Part shown: positions 1 to 14,251 of the stretch, piece by piece | Numbering within the stretch: the first letter of the stretch is position 1 | Layout: every line of letters begins with the position of its first letter | Assembly: GCA_040954595.2 (NCBI GenBank) | Contig: CM082598.2 | Coordinates: 5,099,097 to 5,163,096 of the forward strand | From: Balanoglossus misakiensis | Lineage: Eukaryota > Animalia > Hemichordata | Direction of reading: 5' to 3' | DNA: 64,000 bases | Notes under the pieces: generated by a model | Seen by the model: only the letters and a program-made list of their open reading frames with translations | Database searches by the model: none | What the model was told of the DNA's origin: nothing | Program-made: the position numbers and the translations under genes

Positions 1-1670
1 AAATCATCCACTGTAATGTGACGACTGTGAGGCAACGTGAATAGAATCAAGAACACAGACCAGCTGTTCAGTCGCTGATCAGCACACATGTATACAATTA
101 GTTGTATTCATCGATCATTCATCAAATTATCTGCAAAGGCGAGGAGGAATTCCCAACGGATAGAAACTAAATGTATTTTTTTCTCCAATGGCAGAAAGAT
201 GTGTTTATTGTTAAAATTCCACTTAAATCAAGGAGAGGAGAGAATACGCTTGTAAAACAATTGATATCCGATTTTATTCAAGTCATGATATCCTAAAGCA
301 ATATTGCCTTCAAACACTTAGCGAATACAGCAAAACCAGTTACAATGCTTCGGCAAACCATCGCCATTATTCCGGTTGTCATCACTGCCAATACTAAACA
401 TCCTAGCCAAAATTCAAGTTCAGCTTTACTACTTCAGATCAAGCACTCAGTTGAGTGGGAAAAGTCCAAATTTTCGGTTTTAAATACACAAGAAGGAAAA
501 TCAACAAATAAATAACCTGTGTTCAAATTCTCTTTTCTGTTTGTGTAAACTTATATGAACACAACTCCGCCAGAAACAATGCGGATAAGTAGTGGTTACA
601 CATTGTCAGAGATCCATCTAAGGCCAACAGCGCCCTCACATTAACTGACGCAAACTGGACACGACAAAGTAATGCACTGCCATAGGAGTACATTATTGAA
701 ATGGCAATTTTTGGCACAAAAATTAACATTGCACTAAGAATGGCCGCATTTTTGGTTTTAGTTTTCAACCAAGTTCAAAACAAGGGGGAAATTAACCATT
801 GAACGAAGCTATTACCTTTAAATGGGCGGCAACAGCAGCCTTTCGCCGCAGACGAGCAATTAGGCAAATTTCTGGACGTTTCATTATGCATTCACACGCG
901 CATGCGTGCTTGTCCTTCACTGCGTTTAAATCATTAAAAACGTGCACGCTACAAGAACTCCCATTTGCAGTACATGTTTTTTGACTTCATTTGAACCAAG
1001 TTGCGAAATAAATTATCTTCATGTCTACGTCTTTTTCAAAGTCAAGCAGGAACAGTTTGCTCTGATTACAGAGCGTTTCAAAGGTCGATTCTGCGACACA
1101 AAATTCAAGTGACTCAACACAATTAACGACTCTAAAAACTATTTCAGGCGTATTCATGATGGGTTCTGGTAATGCCCAACAATGGTAAAATACCTTGCCT
1201 CAAAACTGTTGTTGTGAACTCGACTCTAAGATAACACAATTTCAGTCACTTTCAAAAGATGGATTTTGGAAATACCCTACAGTGATAAAATGACTGGCCC
1301 CTAAAGACTTATTTCAGTACTGCTGTGCTGAACTCGGAACGCAATCGTTTCGCTTGTGTCTACTACATCACAGTCCTCTATCATAGGACTGTAACTACAC
1401 GTAGTATAATGTAATCTTTCCGATACCGCCCTCCGCGGTAGTAGTGGGCACTTCTTTTATTTCAGGTCGCGGGTCGATCGCGATCTTCATTCCGAGCGGC
1501 AGAAGCAAAGCATTGTGGACGTTTGACAGCTGTACTATCATTTCAGTGTCCAGCCTCACAGAAACGTGTTTTAAATAAAATGTGAACCCCCCACTGCATG
1601 TGGTCGCTTCAGATTATGCAGGTGGCAAATTCATATATTTATACTATAATATAACTAAACCCAGTTCATC

Positions 1671-4600
1671 TCAGACACTGGATTCGTTAAAATTCGTCGC
1701 GCAGTACATTTGGTCTCTTAGTGCGAATTCTTCCTTGATTTCAGCTTTCGAATATGCATAATCGTTCGAGATATCGCCGTTTGATATCGAAATGTTGCAC
1801 TTTTTGAGTTCATCTTCATCGTCAACAGAATCATCGTCATCGTCACCACCATCATTGTCGCCATCATCTTCGGTTTGGTCTTTTATCGATTTCTTCGTTT
1901 TGGTTGGCTCCCTGGGCACTAGTTTGATCTGCAAGGTGTACTTGGACCACACCTTTCTGTAGAAGACGGCTAGCGGCACGGCGATCAGCACGAAGAGCGA
2001 CTGCACCAGGGTGTAAATCGCCGGAAACACCTTCACCATGGGACCGGCGTCGCGGAAGGATAGGGCCATCACGGTCAGCGCCACGGCCACGTTCTGCATG
2101 CCCGTCTCGATGCCCACGGTGCGGCGCTGCGGCGGTGCCATCTTGCAGAGGCGCGCGAACAGGTAGCTCAGGCCGAACCCGAAGAAGGGCAGCATGAACG
2201 CTGCCAGCCACAGTTGCCATGGCGCCCGGTAAGGCGCGGTGGAAATGATGCCTTGCAGAGACAGACTGACGACAATGCCAAGAAGGCCCAAAATCCCACC
2301 AACCTGTCAAAAATTTAGAAAAAAGAATTATTACTCCATAAATTTAGCATAAAGTGACAAAAGCTAAGTTTGAAGTTGAACTGACTGCATCTGGGTCGGT
2401 CGAAAACGGAAGTTTTACTGACTAATTGAACCTGACTACTCAATACTATAAAATATCACTACGCACCCGGCTGACGACCCCAGCTCTCTTCTCCCACCGA
2501 TATCGGATAAACATCCCAACAACCACCGGCAGGAGGATGGTAACCAAGGAGATGATGATGTCCATATATGGGATGGCCGGGACGCCCGCGTGGCGGACCC
2601 AGCTCCTGCTGTAGACGAACAGACACAGGGGCATCATGCCGAACGCCAGGAACGTGGAGAACGTCGTCATACATATACTGTCAGAATGAAAGAACATGTA
2701 TTGAGTTAGACGTATAGATACAGAATTAGAATGGATGCTATCACATTTGCAGAAAACCAGTTCATCTCAAGTAATATCCGTGCATTTTGATATCTGTAAC
2801 GTTTTAACATCATTAGTAGCTCGTGGGAATTATTGTTTTCTTATGTGTAAACCTAAGTCTGAAATAACATATAAAAAATATTGCAAAAAAAGATTAGGAT
2901 TGTGTTATATATAGTAGATGAATAATAGTAATGTATTTATACATATGATATATGTGTGGGTGTGTGTGTGTTTGTATGCACGTATACGCTTTCAAAAAGA
3001 ATCATGATGCAACACTTTGGTTTTTGATCGACGGTATGTAGTGGTTAGTTTGAAGAAACCTTTTGACGAAAGAAAAAATACTGCCTTGTGAAATTAATTA
3101 AAGGACACGCCAGCAGCTGTGTTTCAGCAGGACACTTTTAAATTTGCACGTCCCCTACTGTGATTTGACCTTCACGTGTCAAGGGCAGCCGTGACCCGGC
3201 CCGGGTGAACTTGAAGAAACATTAACATCAATTTTCGCCAGCATGATTATTTTGACGGAAAAACACAAAATAATAGTACAGGTCTAATTTTGAGTGATTT
3301 GTTGACATGACTTTTCTCGAAATTTCAAGTGTGAGACGCGATCGTATTGGCATAGTTGCGTGTAACATGACAGTTATTATTTTATGAAGGACGAGAATTT
3401 CGCTCAAAGTGACGATCAACAGCGATCTCTTCCGTTTGTGGTCAAGGTAATCTATTCACTCCGAGTTATCGGGGAATAAAAACACTCACGTTGCAACAAG
3501 AACTGGCCTTATCGAGTTACACGTTTCCAGAAAACGAACTTCCTTTTTTCAAAATAAACATTTGCACGGCTTTGTACGAGTACTTAGAAATTAAGCACGA
3601 CATCCTTATATAAATTACCAGCCGAAACACGGTCGAAAGTGTTTACGCGGTAGAAATATGCCTAGTCAATTTTACTTGCGAACAAGTTGTGGGTAAATTG
3701 TCGATTATGGGCAGAAACTTTGCTCTGAAAATTTTAATCACGTTTGGGGCTATATGGTAAAATGATGATTCATGTTACCGAATTTGCCCGATTATGAGCT
3801 ATTTAAAAAAAAAATACACAATTACTTAAATATGTTATGAAGAACATGTATAAACACGTAACATACAATAGTTTATGGCAAAAATCGTGTAGGCCTAAGT
3901 ACTGTGATCGGAATGTATAATCATGAAATATACACCGTCAACTGACTGTTGGATCTGAAATATGTTCCGAGGAGATGGACAAAATTATTTTTAGTAATAG
4001 TGGAAAGATTGTGTTTTGATGATAAACTCGCATTTTTGATCAGATCTACACGCAAAACACGTCATGATGACGTATTTACAGAAAAACACGTTAGCCATGG
4101 CACGTATTTTATATACATGGCACGTATTTTATATTATTATTTACAGGAAGTGAAATTTTCCGAGGATGATGCAAGATACGGCGAGTGTGAGTGGGCGTAG
4201 GGACGGGTGGGATTTGTTCATACGTACACGTGTAAGTTGTCGAGTGGACAGATTTTCTATTCCATCCGTGTTTTTGCCAAAATCTAAACAAAGGGTCGTG
4301 GTTTCTGGAATGAATAGGGAAACTGGGCTGGGTTTCCGCTGGGTGTTCAGCGTGCGTTCTTTAGAAACGCGTCCGTGACGGTCCGAAAAAAAAAACCGCA
4401 ACGCCCTATATGTGTGATGCAAGGAGTAGGAACGTACGTATGCAGGCGCGGCCTACACTATCAGTCACGCCGGGTTACAGGCCTTCGCGACCCCGCTACT
4501 GAGACAATTACGGGCACGTCGCAACGTAGTAGAACGCCAAGTATACACTAAGGTCACTTCGGCCCCTGACACTGCGGACGAAGGTCAAAAAACGGAGCCA

Positions 4601-5995
4601 CTCTACCGGCAAAGAGCGATACAAGTTACTACGTACAACTGAAGGACATAATTTATGAAGCGCGGTTGTCCTAGCAACAGGGATGACAGCTGCGCGCGCG
4701 TTACTCTATAACGCATTTCACGTGATGAACGGTGCTGGGAATATTCCCATACAGTTATCTTATAGTATTTCGGCTTCCCCATTATTTCCGCTGTCAACTG
4801 ACCTCTGAGCTCATTTTCAAGTGAATGGGCCAAACATTCCACTCAACGTGTCGAGAAAACGCGCGGACCCATATTCTATTTCTGAAATCACATAAAATAT
4901 TTCCCACTTATTTCCACTGAAGGCGATAGTTGGTTGACATATGCACCGGCCGGCCGGCCTCACTCCCACACTTCAATTGAATTCATTCATTCACGGATTC
5001 TGCCCAAGTCACGTGAGCCACGGAAACTTCCATCACGATAAATGCTTCGCTAGCAACCATTCCGCAATGCGGAAAATTCCCAAATAATTAGTATGTATAT
5101 CGCTGTCTAAGTTTCATAAAATGCTACCAACGTTTATTTCCTACGCTGCTCGTTTTAAAAATGAGCAAGTTAATGCCAATCTGGCTCGCGTTTTCAATTT
5201 GTAAACCAAAGTGTGCACGGTCAAGTTACTATTAAGCAGGTCTTGCTTGACAACGCTGAACGCGCTTGCTGTCGGACGGAAAATACCCATGCCACTCCAT
5301 TGTGATGTAAAGTAGGTTGAGACGCGTGTACCGTGAAAAAAAATCAATTGAAAAGTGGCGTGTCTTGTAGGTCAATAAAATTTACGCGGCTGAAATATAT
5401 CAAACGACAAGATTTTTGAATTCTCAACTGTATATAGTCAGAATTTGAGTGAAATATATTTGTATATATTCACAGTTGATGATTGAATCGTTAATGTGTA
5501 TTTTGGGGGAAAATTGGATTTCTATAAAAGTGAATAAAAATAGACAAACCTGAGTGAGACATCGCCTTTGACCCAGTAAGTTAGAAGGTTTGAAGCTAGA
5601 CCGCCAGGGCTACAAGAGACTACCAACATGCCAATGGCATAAGCGGGATGGAGTTGTAGAATATGAGCAACGGTGAATGAGCTCAGCGGCAGAATGCCGT
5701 ACTGGCAGAACACCCCGATTAGGATACCCCACGGGCGACGCATGTGACTCCACAGTTCTTTGAGGGTGACGGCGCAACCCATGCCGATCATCATCGACGC
5801 CGATATGATCGTCAGCACGATCTGGTTCGCCAGACGCAGCTTCGCCACCCGCGGCGAGACGAACATCCCGCCGTACAGATCGCCGTCGCCCGTTCCGTTC
5901 ACCGTCGCGTTAATTGAAGTGTTCGTGGCGAGCATCTCGCTCAGGTCCTGGTAGGATTCCATCGCTGTAGTATTCGACATTACACTGTTATCCAT
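1671..5995 (-). CDS. SLC10-family sodium/bile acid cotransporter-like protein, 3 exons (5995-5550, 2677-2467, 2303-1671), 429 aa
   Basis: SBF motifs [52 protein letters not shown] and RTVGIETGMQNVAVA. GT-AG sites with matching phases (2, 0). Several N-terminal N-glycosylation sequons and an acidic C-tail. Confidence 0.92.
3101..5366. mobile_element. Possible degenerate ~2.3 kb non-autonomous DNA transposon in SLC10 intron 1
   Basis: TTAA-AGGACACGCCA at 3097-3111 and an approximate reverse complement TGGCGTGTCTT at ~5356-5366. No right TSD or transposase seen. Confidence 0.25.
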
Positions 5996-7612
5996 ACTAG
6001 ATGCCGGTTTTTATCATCTGACTAGGTGATCCTGACTCGAAAGAAATCCTCGATCAGCTTCGCGCGCTGCTTGTCGGCAGAATGTCGTGATCTAAATGAG
6101 AAACGGCAAAGGGAACCCCGCGTCTGACGTCACGTCTCGTATTTGCATACCACTGTAACGGTTGACGTGTTTCTGTGTGAACGGGTACGGTGGGCGGGAA
6201 CTCGCAAACACATAATAACTATTGTCAGAAAGTGAGGGATTCTATTCTAAGTACGAACAGCTATGTTGCGTAAAAGCGGCAGGGATTATCGATTAGAAAC
6301 CCTTTATAAAACGCGCAACAGTGACGAATAAACAATGGCAATTATGTCATACTGAGAATACAGAAGACCGACATTATGATTTATGTAAATGTGGATTTCA
6401 TTGTAAATGCGGATTTAAGTGAAACCTTATTTTCTGAGTAAATACTGATTTTAGGAAGTATGGAAACCCAATATTGTCCAAAAGTATGCGTTCAAAATTG
6501 CAGATATTAAAATGCATTGTTTTTTTTATCTAACCAGTCGTCTGAAAGGTTTTACTTCAAAATGGTACATACATGACATAGTTGAGATGAAAAGCACTTG
6601 ATAATCACGAAAACGAAGATGTGGTCGCCAACGTGATTCGGTGATTGTAGCCGGGGTGCGGGGATGGGGCTACTCGTACTCTATTTACACAGGGCCAAGT
6701 TCAAAACGTCAACCCATGTATACGCCTACAATTGACCCATTGCTGGGTCACACCTTTCTGTAAGTACCCCGGGGTTTGTTGGTGACCTCGATTTGTCTTT
6801 TGGCTATTTTGTACATGTACGCAACGCCGTTTCAGCACGTGAACGATGTGCACACCTTATCGGACCTGATGTAGGTCATGTCAGTGGTTCGAGACCCAAG
6901 CATATACTTAGTATATATCATGTCATGTAGAAGTCTACGCTACTGTTGGCTCCTTCGTTCATTCTAAAAAGTACTATATGAGGTATTTGTGGATGAATTG
7001 TGATGTTTATTAACAAACAACGCAGCGAGACGACCCCCTAACTTTAAGCAACATTCTAAGTTACCAAGTACTCCGCTTGTAGTCTAGCCGGTATGTGTGC
7101 ATGTATAACGGCCATTGTTATTGTTGACGTAGTCCCGGACTGGAATTAAGACTTTGCTTAATAACAATGCTGACTATAGACTTATACATGTATGTTGTCT
7201 TGATTTGCTAAATTCGGGGCATTTCATCATCTTTCAGAAATTTGAACATTCATTCATTGCACATCCCTTATCTAAAGAGCGTTTATAATCAACAAATATA
7301 CAAATGAACACCATAAACTCGGAATATTTGATTAGATTTGACACAGGAAAACTTAAAACCAATTATCACTATTAAAATATGTAGCATTTAAATTGCTGAC
7401 GGCCTAAATAATTCCGAACTATACAAGGTAGTGTGGGGATAATGGAATGGTACATCGAGGATACTGCGCATGAGCAGGCAAAGAGTATCCGTCTGATATT
7501 CAGTGACGTCATCTGATATGACATGTTATTGTTGCTACATTTTCTAACACTAGCATGTATATCATAATTTCTGACAGTCTCTTGAAGTTCATATTGCACC
7601 CTTGTTCTCTGT

Positions 7613-10600
7613 TCACTTTTTACTGTCCAATAACCAGCATCCGAGGTAAGGTAATGAGGACGCCCCCTTGTTGGTACCATACAGCTCAAATTTGTAGAAT
7701 CCAGCGTTTGGCAATTTGATTGAATAAGATATGCTTGTGTCGTCACTCTCAATCGTGATGCAGTTCTTCTTCTCGTCTTCCGGGAGCCGGGTGTCGTTTC
7801 TCGACAAATATGGCGTCGTCGTGATGGGAAATGGCGCCTTGATGGTTATCACGCATGCGCCCCTGTCTGCAACAATGATGGCGGATTTGTGGCCTACGAC
7901 TTGTAGCCCCAGCTCGACGAAGTGGCCAGCAGCGCCCCACGTGCCGTTGGTGACGGGGTACAGTTCCCCACCCAAAGCCGATGCGGCGTCAATGAGCCAG
8001 TTTCCGGCTGATTGATACGACCCCGGAACATTTCTGTTCTTTGCAAACAGTTCTAATTTGTAGTACCCTTTCTCCGGGAGTCGGGCATTGAACGTGAACT
8101 CCTTCCCATCGGTGGCACAGTCGGCGAAGACATACTTCTCGGCATCGCTGTACTTCTGCCCGTTCTTGATGAGGTTGAAGAGAAACACGACTTCGGGGTC
8201 TTTGGAGAATTTCAACTGACAGGAACCGTTTGGAGCGAGCAGAGTCGAGGACCCAGTCGACTGGATGTCGAGCTTGTGGAATTCTTCCCCAGGTCCCCAA
8301 AGGTTTCGCGAGTGCGGGAACTTCTCATCAACCACGATGGCTGTGGAGTTCTGGACGACAAAATTTGCACCGTGCCAGTATTTGTCGTCGTCCCGCAGCT
8401 TGGCCATGACTGTGAAGCGATATTCACCCTCTTTCGGCAGGGTCAGGTGGTACTTCACTTTGCGATCGGTCTTCTCGCCGTACACGTGACCTTCCATTTC
8501 CTCGGACTCACTTCCGGAGAAGTGTAACAACTCAGCCAATAGGGGCTGTCGGTGGTCGGGGAGCTGGACTTCTAACTCCGCTCTTCCGGTTTTGGAGACG
8601 ATGATAGGTTCGTCGTAGCCGATCACTTGGAAGCCCTTTTCCAGAAACTCGTGATTGGCTCCCCACATGTCGTATGCTGCGCCGGTGGGGAACATCTTGG
8701 TTGTCATGGTACCAGTGTGCTTGATGGTGTACGTGACAGCTCTCTGGGGCATAGCTTTTAACTCTTCTGATGTATTCAGCGGCCTCACACCAATCATCAG
8801 AGTGTAGTTGCCCACGTGTGGAAATCTTACCTTGCAGGTAAATACATCATCATTCATGTACATCATGACGTAAGACGGGTGCTTGTTCCCGGTTCTCGGT
8901 ATGCTGTCTTTCTCGTTCAGTTCAGTGAGCTTGGCCCAGAACTGCACGTGCCCCATGTGGGGACATCTGACCCGGAAGACCGTCTCCTCTGCGTCTGTTT
9001 CCACCACCCCGCCGGTTTGGCCAACGGTCTCCATGTTGAACGTGAAGAAGGCGCAGTCCTTGGAAGGTTCGTCCGCCCACACGTTCAAGTCGGCGAACGG
9101 TTTATCCAGACACTGCTCGCTGGGGACACCTCGCCCGGTCGTCGTGTCAACCGGGAAATGCCTAGCAGTGAACATTTGCGGATCACTTATGAAGTAGTAT
9201 TCGTTCCACTTGCGCGTGTACGCCATTTTCCCCAGCGTTGATTCAAAATCTACAAGAGAACAAAAGGGGCAGCATTATTTTTAAATTTCTGCTGTATAAC
9301 ATTTCGAGTGCTTTGTTGATTATGTTTTCTGTTTCAAAGTTTCATTATGACCCAGTATCACTTAAGCTTATGCACTTCCATTTCGTAAACATGGCAACAA
9401 TCGGCCATATTGAATTGTGTCGTCCATGGGATTTTCATCACTCACCTAGGTAGCAAAATCCTATTTAAGGTAGGGAAAATTACAGGGTACCTTCCTTGAC
9501 TGAGTTTATTTGTGGACAATGCAAAATTTGGTAGGCAGTAAATGTGTCCCACTTACTGACTGACCCTGCCGCCCAAGTACAATCACAGAGGTACCATTTC
9601 CCGGCGATTCGGATCTTATTCCAAGCGTGGTCCGTCTTGATTTTACCATCTTCGACAGGAAAGCTGTCTCCTGGTTCGTAGTCTCCTCCCTTGGATGCCC
9701 CAGATAGCTTCACACACTCCAATCCCGCGAGACTTCATTCAGTAGGAGGAAATAGGAAATATATATAAATCTTACATAAACTGTGGAACTCTCTGCCACA
9801 AGACATTCGTCAAGCTCCAAGTTTGAGTATCTTTAAGAAAAGACTGAAGACGCATTATTTCGCAAGAGCATATGGTGTGGGCCAATGAGCACAAGCGCCT
9901 TTGAGTATGACACTTGTTATAGATACTGGCGCTATACAAATTTCTCTGATTGATTGATTGATTTATCATTATACAAGTGTGGTTTCATGCATATTTGACT
10001 TAAAGGGGGAACACTTTTAGCTCGTTATATGTTTGGAGTGCCAATCTCACTACATAAATATTACATTATACATTTTTTTTTCTTTTTAGACAGGAAATTC
10101 AAGTCATAAAAAAGATGCACAGTAGAAATATAGACAAGATATTCTCATCATAACTTACTCGCACAGCATCTTGTAGAGGGCGCCGTAACCCTCACACACA
10201 GCTTTGCCACTTTGCAGCACGCCTTCCCCCGAGTTGTCGCCTCTTTCTTCGTAGCCATAGAGACCCTCTACGTCATAGTCCACGTTCTCCGCTTCCCAGC
10301 GAAACAGCACGCGATACCTCTCCAAGTCGCTCCGTGCGACTTTTGTGAGATACGCAACTAAATCCGAGGGTGAATTTTTCAGATCTGGCGAAGCCTGCAA
10401 CGAAAATGGATTTGCTAGAGTTGAACAAAAAACTCTTGTGCCGTTATAACACGACGTGTACGGGCCATTATGTTGTCTGTCCTGCGTCAATAAACTCCCT
10501 AGTCCCGCGAGATCTCGCGGACTTCCAGTCTTCAGTGAACATAGCGCATCTGCGAGATTCGCAATGAGTGCATTGGTGCTCATTCTCCATGTCCTTATTA

Positions 10601-11138
10601 AGTCACGACCATGTCATTACAAAGTAACGACCATTTTGTCTTCAGTTGAGAATCGCACATTTACACGACTACCAGTAGACTTGCTCCAAGTCTATGGGCT
10701 TCATTATGTGTAGGCAACGCGTAGGCCCATGCATACGCTACCCGAAACCACAAGCTCAGTCCCAAATTCGAAACTCACCTCACTACCAAAAACACGTTCA
10801 AGGCAAGCATGCACGCAAAAAGTATTGCAATTATTTATTAAGATAAAAAAACACCGAAAACACGAAAAGTGTTGGGATTTAAAAATGGCCAAGCGACTAG
10901 TGGGCTAGTCTAAACTACCAGGAAAATACAACTATAATTCGTGACATACCTGCACGGCATGCTTGTCCAATTCTCTCATTCGTTCATAATCAGGAATGAG
11001 CTTCCTCTTGTCCACCCAGAATGTCTCTTCTATTTGCAGTTCTTTCCCGGCACCCAGTGGTTCAACTCGATTTTTGCCAAGTGTTGTGGACTTGCTCTTA
11101 GACTTTGTCGTAGCGGATGTTGATGACGAACACCCCAT
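7613..11138 (-). CDS. Kyphoscoliosis peptidase/hillarin-like transglutaminase-fold protease, 4 exons (11138-10950, 10394-10159, 9732-9557, 9249-7613), 745 aa
   Basis: Catalytic-triad motifs AVCEGYGALYKMLC, DHAWN and YLCDCTWAAG, then NEYYFISDPQMF...HFP. Four C-terminal ~120-aa repeats. N-terminal MGCSSS. Splice phases 0, 2, 1 are all consistent. Confidence 0.9.
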
Positions 11139-13711
11139 TCTAGAAAAGAAATTACATTTGACTCACATCAATAACAGCAATACATACATAAACGGGAGTG
11201 AATACTTAGAGGTTATAAACGACAGCGAAGGTACTGTCGAATAACTGTGGTTTGGGGATAGCTTGTAGATTGGGACTTTCGTCCGTCGAGGGCGCTCTCT
11301 GCGCTCCGCCTGTGGAATTTGGAAGCACCCGGGTAATGCCTGAGACGAACATACCATAGACTTACAGGTATACCAGTTCCACCTGGGTGTAGAAGATTTA
11401 TAAGCGCGGGCAGTTCCCTCGAACAACGGAAAATACAGTCTAAGCTGCAGGGTCAATTGGGAGTCTACTGTATCGTGATGTGCGAGATTTCTTTATTCAT
11501 CGTACATATGCTTGTTTTCAGTTTGAATGGGGCCACACACTATAGACCTGTTGGCATGGCGGCCATGTTGTAAGAGTAACAGTACACTAACACATACCAG
11601 ACGCGTGCAGAAAGCGCTGTCCTACCTGAGCTGAATCAGCTTGCCGTTGCTAAGGTCTTCTGGACATGGCAGAACTTACTCGTTATGTTCTAACATAGAC
11701 ATTCTACTTTCTATGATTATAATCTCTCTCATACAACTACTCGCTCCAGGCACGGCGAGTCACCGAGCACCTAGATCGATATTATACCCGGGCATCGATA
11801 CCAACGTTAACCTGTCGTGGCATATATCACGCATGCGCGAGTACATATTGTTTCGAACAAAGCAGGCCGAACAAATGACTTTATTATTTACATGCTTGGT
11901 TACGAGTCAAGGAATGTATACACAAGCTAGCTTGGCTCCTACCCCTACAAGTCAGCGATGTCGCAAGTGACGCGCGATGTCGCAAGTGTCACGTAGGCCT
12001 ATAACTCGACAATAGTAACTATAACCCCACCGACCGCGGGCCTGTAGTTACACGACAGTTTTCGGACTGATTTCCGACGACACAGAACCCAGCAACATCG
12101 CCATTTTGGCGTGCATCCATAACCGACCGGCCACATACTGACAGTGACACGAAACCATGCTAAAAGAATTCCGACGGCATGACTCAATTTTCTTCAAAAA
12201 CCCGAAGTCGCTTCGGGATCTCGGTCGGCTGTCTCTTGATATTCAGATCTGTTCTACATTTTTATTCAATACGCTCACAATATGCCCATCAATAAGCCAC
12301 GTGTTAAACTGGTCTGTGCGTACTCTCAATACTCAGAAATTGCGTGTAAATATACTAACAAGACATATCTTAATCAGGAACAGATATTTTGCCGCAGTTA
12401 TTTATGTGTACACGTTTTGCGCATAGAGAGAGCGTAGCTTAATTGAGCCGAGACTGTTAACGGCTCACCTGTCCAAATTGAAGTTCAACAACTATTAAGG
12501 AACAGCATAAACAAACAAACAAATCGGCAAGTGAAACAAAATGAAATAACCAAACAAAATTGAAAATTAGGCTCTCTCTTCCCTTAATAAAATGCTTGTC
12601 ATGTTTTACAATACATGTATTATATGTGACGAAGTAAATGAGTCCAGTATTAAAGAGGCGAAGGCGGCCATTTTTGACATTGTTTTAGTTGGTTTCTATG
12701 GATACGGTGTTACTATGCTGTTCTGCCCACTGATATAAGTGACTGGTTGTTAATCATTCACTCTGTTTGGTTGTAACATATGACTACCAGTACGCCACAA
12801 TTTTTCGTGTAGACCTGCCAAAATTACTTGATGGAATTTTCGTGTGTGGTGTCCATAAACCGGAGATCTGGTGAGCTGATATACAACCATCATTGAGCAA
12901 ATTTCATTGAGCACAGCAACACAAAAAACTCCATCAAACAAATAAAAAATAACCAAAAATTCCGAGTTCGCACCTTTTAAAGAAAATCTCGAACGGTCAA
13001 CTGTAAATGGCGTTTTTCAAAGTAGCCGTACGTGTATTGTAATTTAGTCTGCATTTTGCAAACATTCATGTTGGTTCAGAATACCTTACCTTGCTTCACG
13101 TCTATGATGTCTCGCACGAAAATTCGGTTCCGAACACAAAACCTCCGAAACTTAACACGTCTAGCCAAGAGCCGTACTGCCAAGTAAACAAACGTCGCTT
13201 ACTGGCGTTGCTAGTCATTGGTGTACGACTGTTTTGTTCAGTTATGTGCAAGGCGGAACTCAGGTGGCAAAAATCACTTGACCTCTGTTCTAATCTCGAA
13301 AGCCAAAGCCCTTTGAATTGTGCGTTGCCGCTGCCCGCCAATGGACAATTGAATGCTGAGTTTTATCGCCACACAAAACAGCAAATATCAAGCCCCCACC
13401 CCGCGAAATACAGCATTGCAGTGACAGCCTGACTTCGATTATGGTTAAACACCTGTACAGTCATGTATATCAAAGCTGTGTGACTATGCCAGTGCTGTTT
13501 GCAGAGAAAAGGTCGACGGGCAGCAAGCCTGTTTAATAAACTCCGTGTCTCTGACAACAGAGTTAATAAATCTGCCAACTGTACACCATGAACAAATTAT
13601 AGGGCAGTGTCGTGTGGCAGACAAGTGTATTCTTATGCCAGCTATTCAGTAGTGTCAACACAGCGTGTAAATATGTGTCACAACGGACGTTGTTTCTCCC
13701 CCTCCTGTAGT

Positions 13712-14122
13712 GCCATGCTTGAAGTTTGCCAATGCGGAACTATCCAGCGCCCTCTTGAGTTGCATTGAGCAGAATGCACTCTGTATTGAGCCCATAATGC
13801 TGTCGTCTTACCCAAAGTAAGTGAGATGTTAAACTAAACCTGTTGCTATCTTGTTACCCTTGTGATGTACATTGTAGCAGTTACACTACAGTGTAATACA
13901 AAGTAACAACCACATTGCTTGCAATGATGTACATTGTAGCAGTTACACTACAGTGTAATACAAAGTAACAACCACATTGTTTGCAATGATGTACATTGTA
14001 GCAGTTACACTACAGTGTAATACAAAGTAACACCCGCATTGTTTGCAATGATGTACATTGTAGCAGTTACACTACAGTGTAATACAAAGTAACAACCACA
14101 TTGTTTGCAATGATGTACATTG
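13712..14122 (+). pseudogene. Inverted duplicate of part of RAB3IP exon 6 plus its downstream intron (source ~45430-45836)
   Basis: Near-identical to the reverse complement of the source. Encodes PCLKFANAELSSALLSCIEQNALCIEPIMLSSYPK, followed by the same GTAAGTGAGATG donor, intron start and 62-bp minisatellite. Confidence 0.9.
13864..14122 (+). repeat. 62-bp minisatellite, ~4 units
   Basis: Unit GATGTACATTGTAGCAGTTACACTACAGTGTAATACAAAGTAACAACCACATTGTTTGCAAT, with starts at 13864, 13926, 13988 and ~14050. Confidence 0.95.
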
Positions 14123-14150
14123 TATTTGCGTACATGTATCTCCAACTCTC

Positions 14151-14251
14151 CGAGAAACATAGAGACTTCAGACAACAGTTTCGGGAACCCGGCAGTTTTT
14201 ATCGTTGGATGACACACTCGCTGTTTAAGAACCACCTGAGGTGCTACAATT
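14151..14251 (+). pseudogene. Inverted ~100-bp copy of the 3' coding end of the B4GALNT-like gene (source 18093-18193)
   Basis: KHRDFRQQFREPGSFYRWMTHSLFKNHLRCYN versus KHGDFRQQFREPANFYRWMTHSLFKNHLRCYN, about 7 nucleotide differences by eye. Confidence 0.9.

Noticed and set aside
6125-6132. CRE palindromes TGACGTCA upstream of SLC10 and of the GPCR (15065-15072)
   Set aside because: The 8-mer also occurs in coding and intronic positions here, so there is no independent support.
13640-13700. Weak inverted similarity to the B4GALNT upstream region (~20010-20070)
   Set aside because: Too short and gapped to distinguish from chance without an alignment.
13864-14122. Regular 62-bp palindromic repeats as a CRISPR array
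   Set aside because: Units are contiguous with no unique spacers, there are no cas genes, and the context is eukaryotic.
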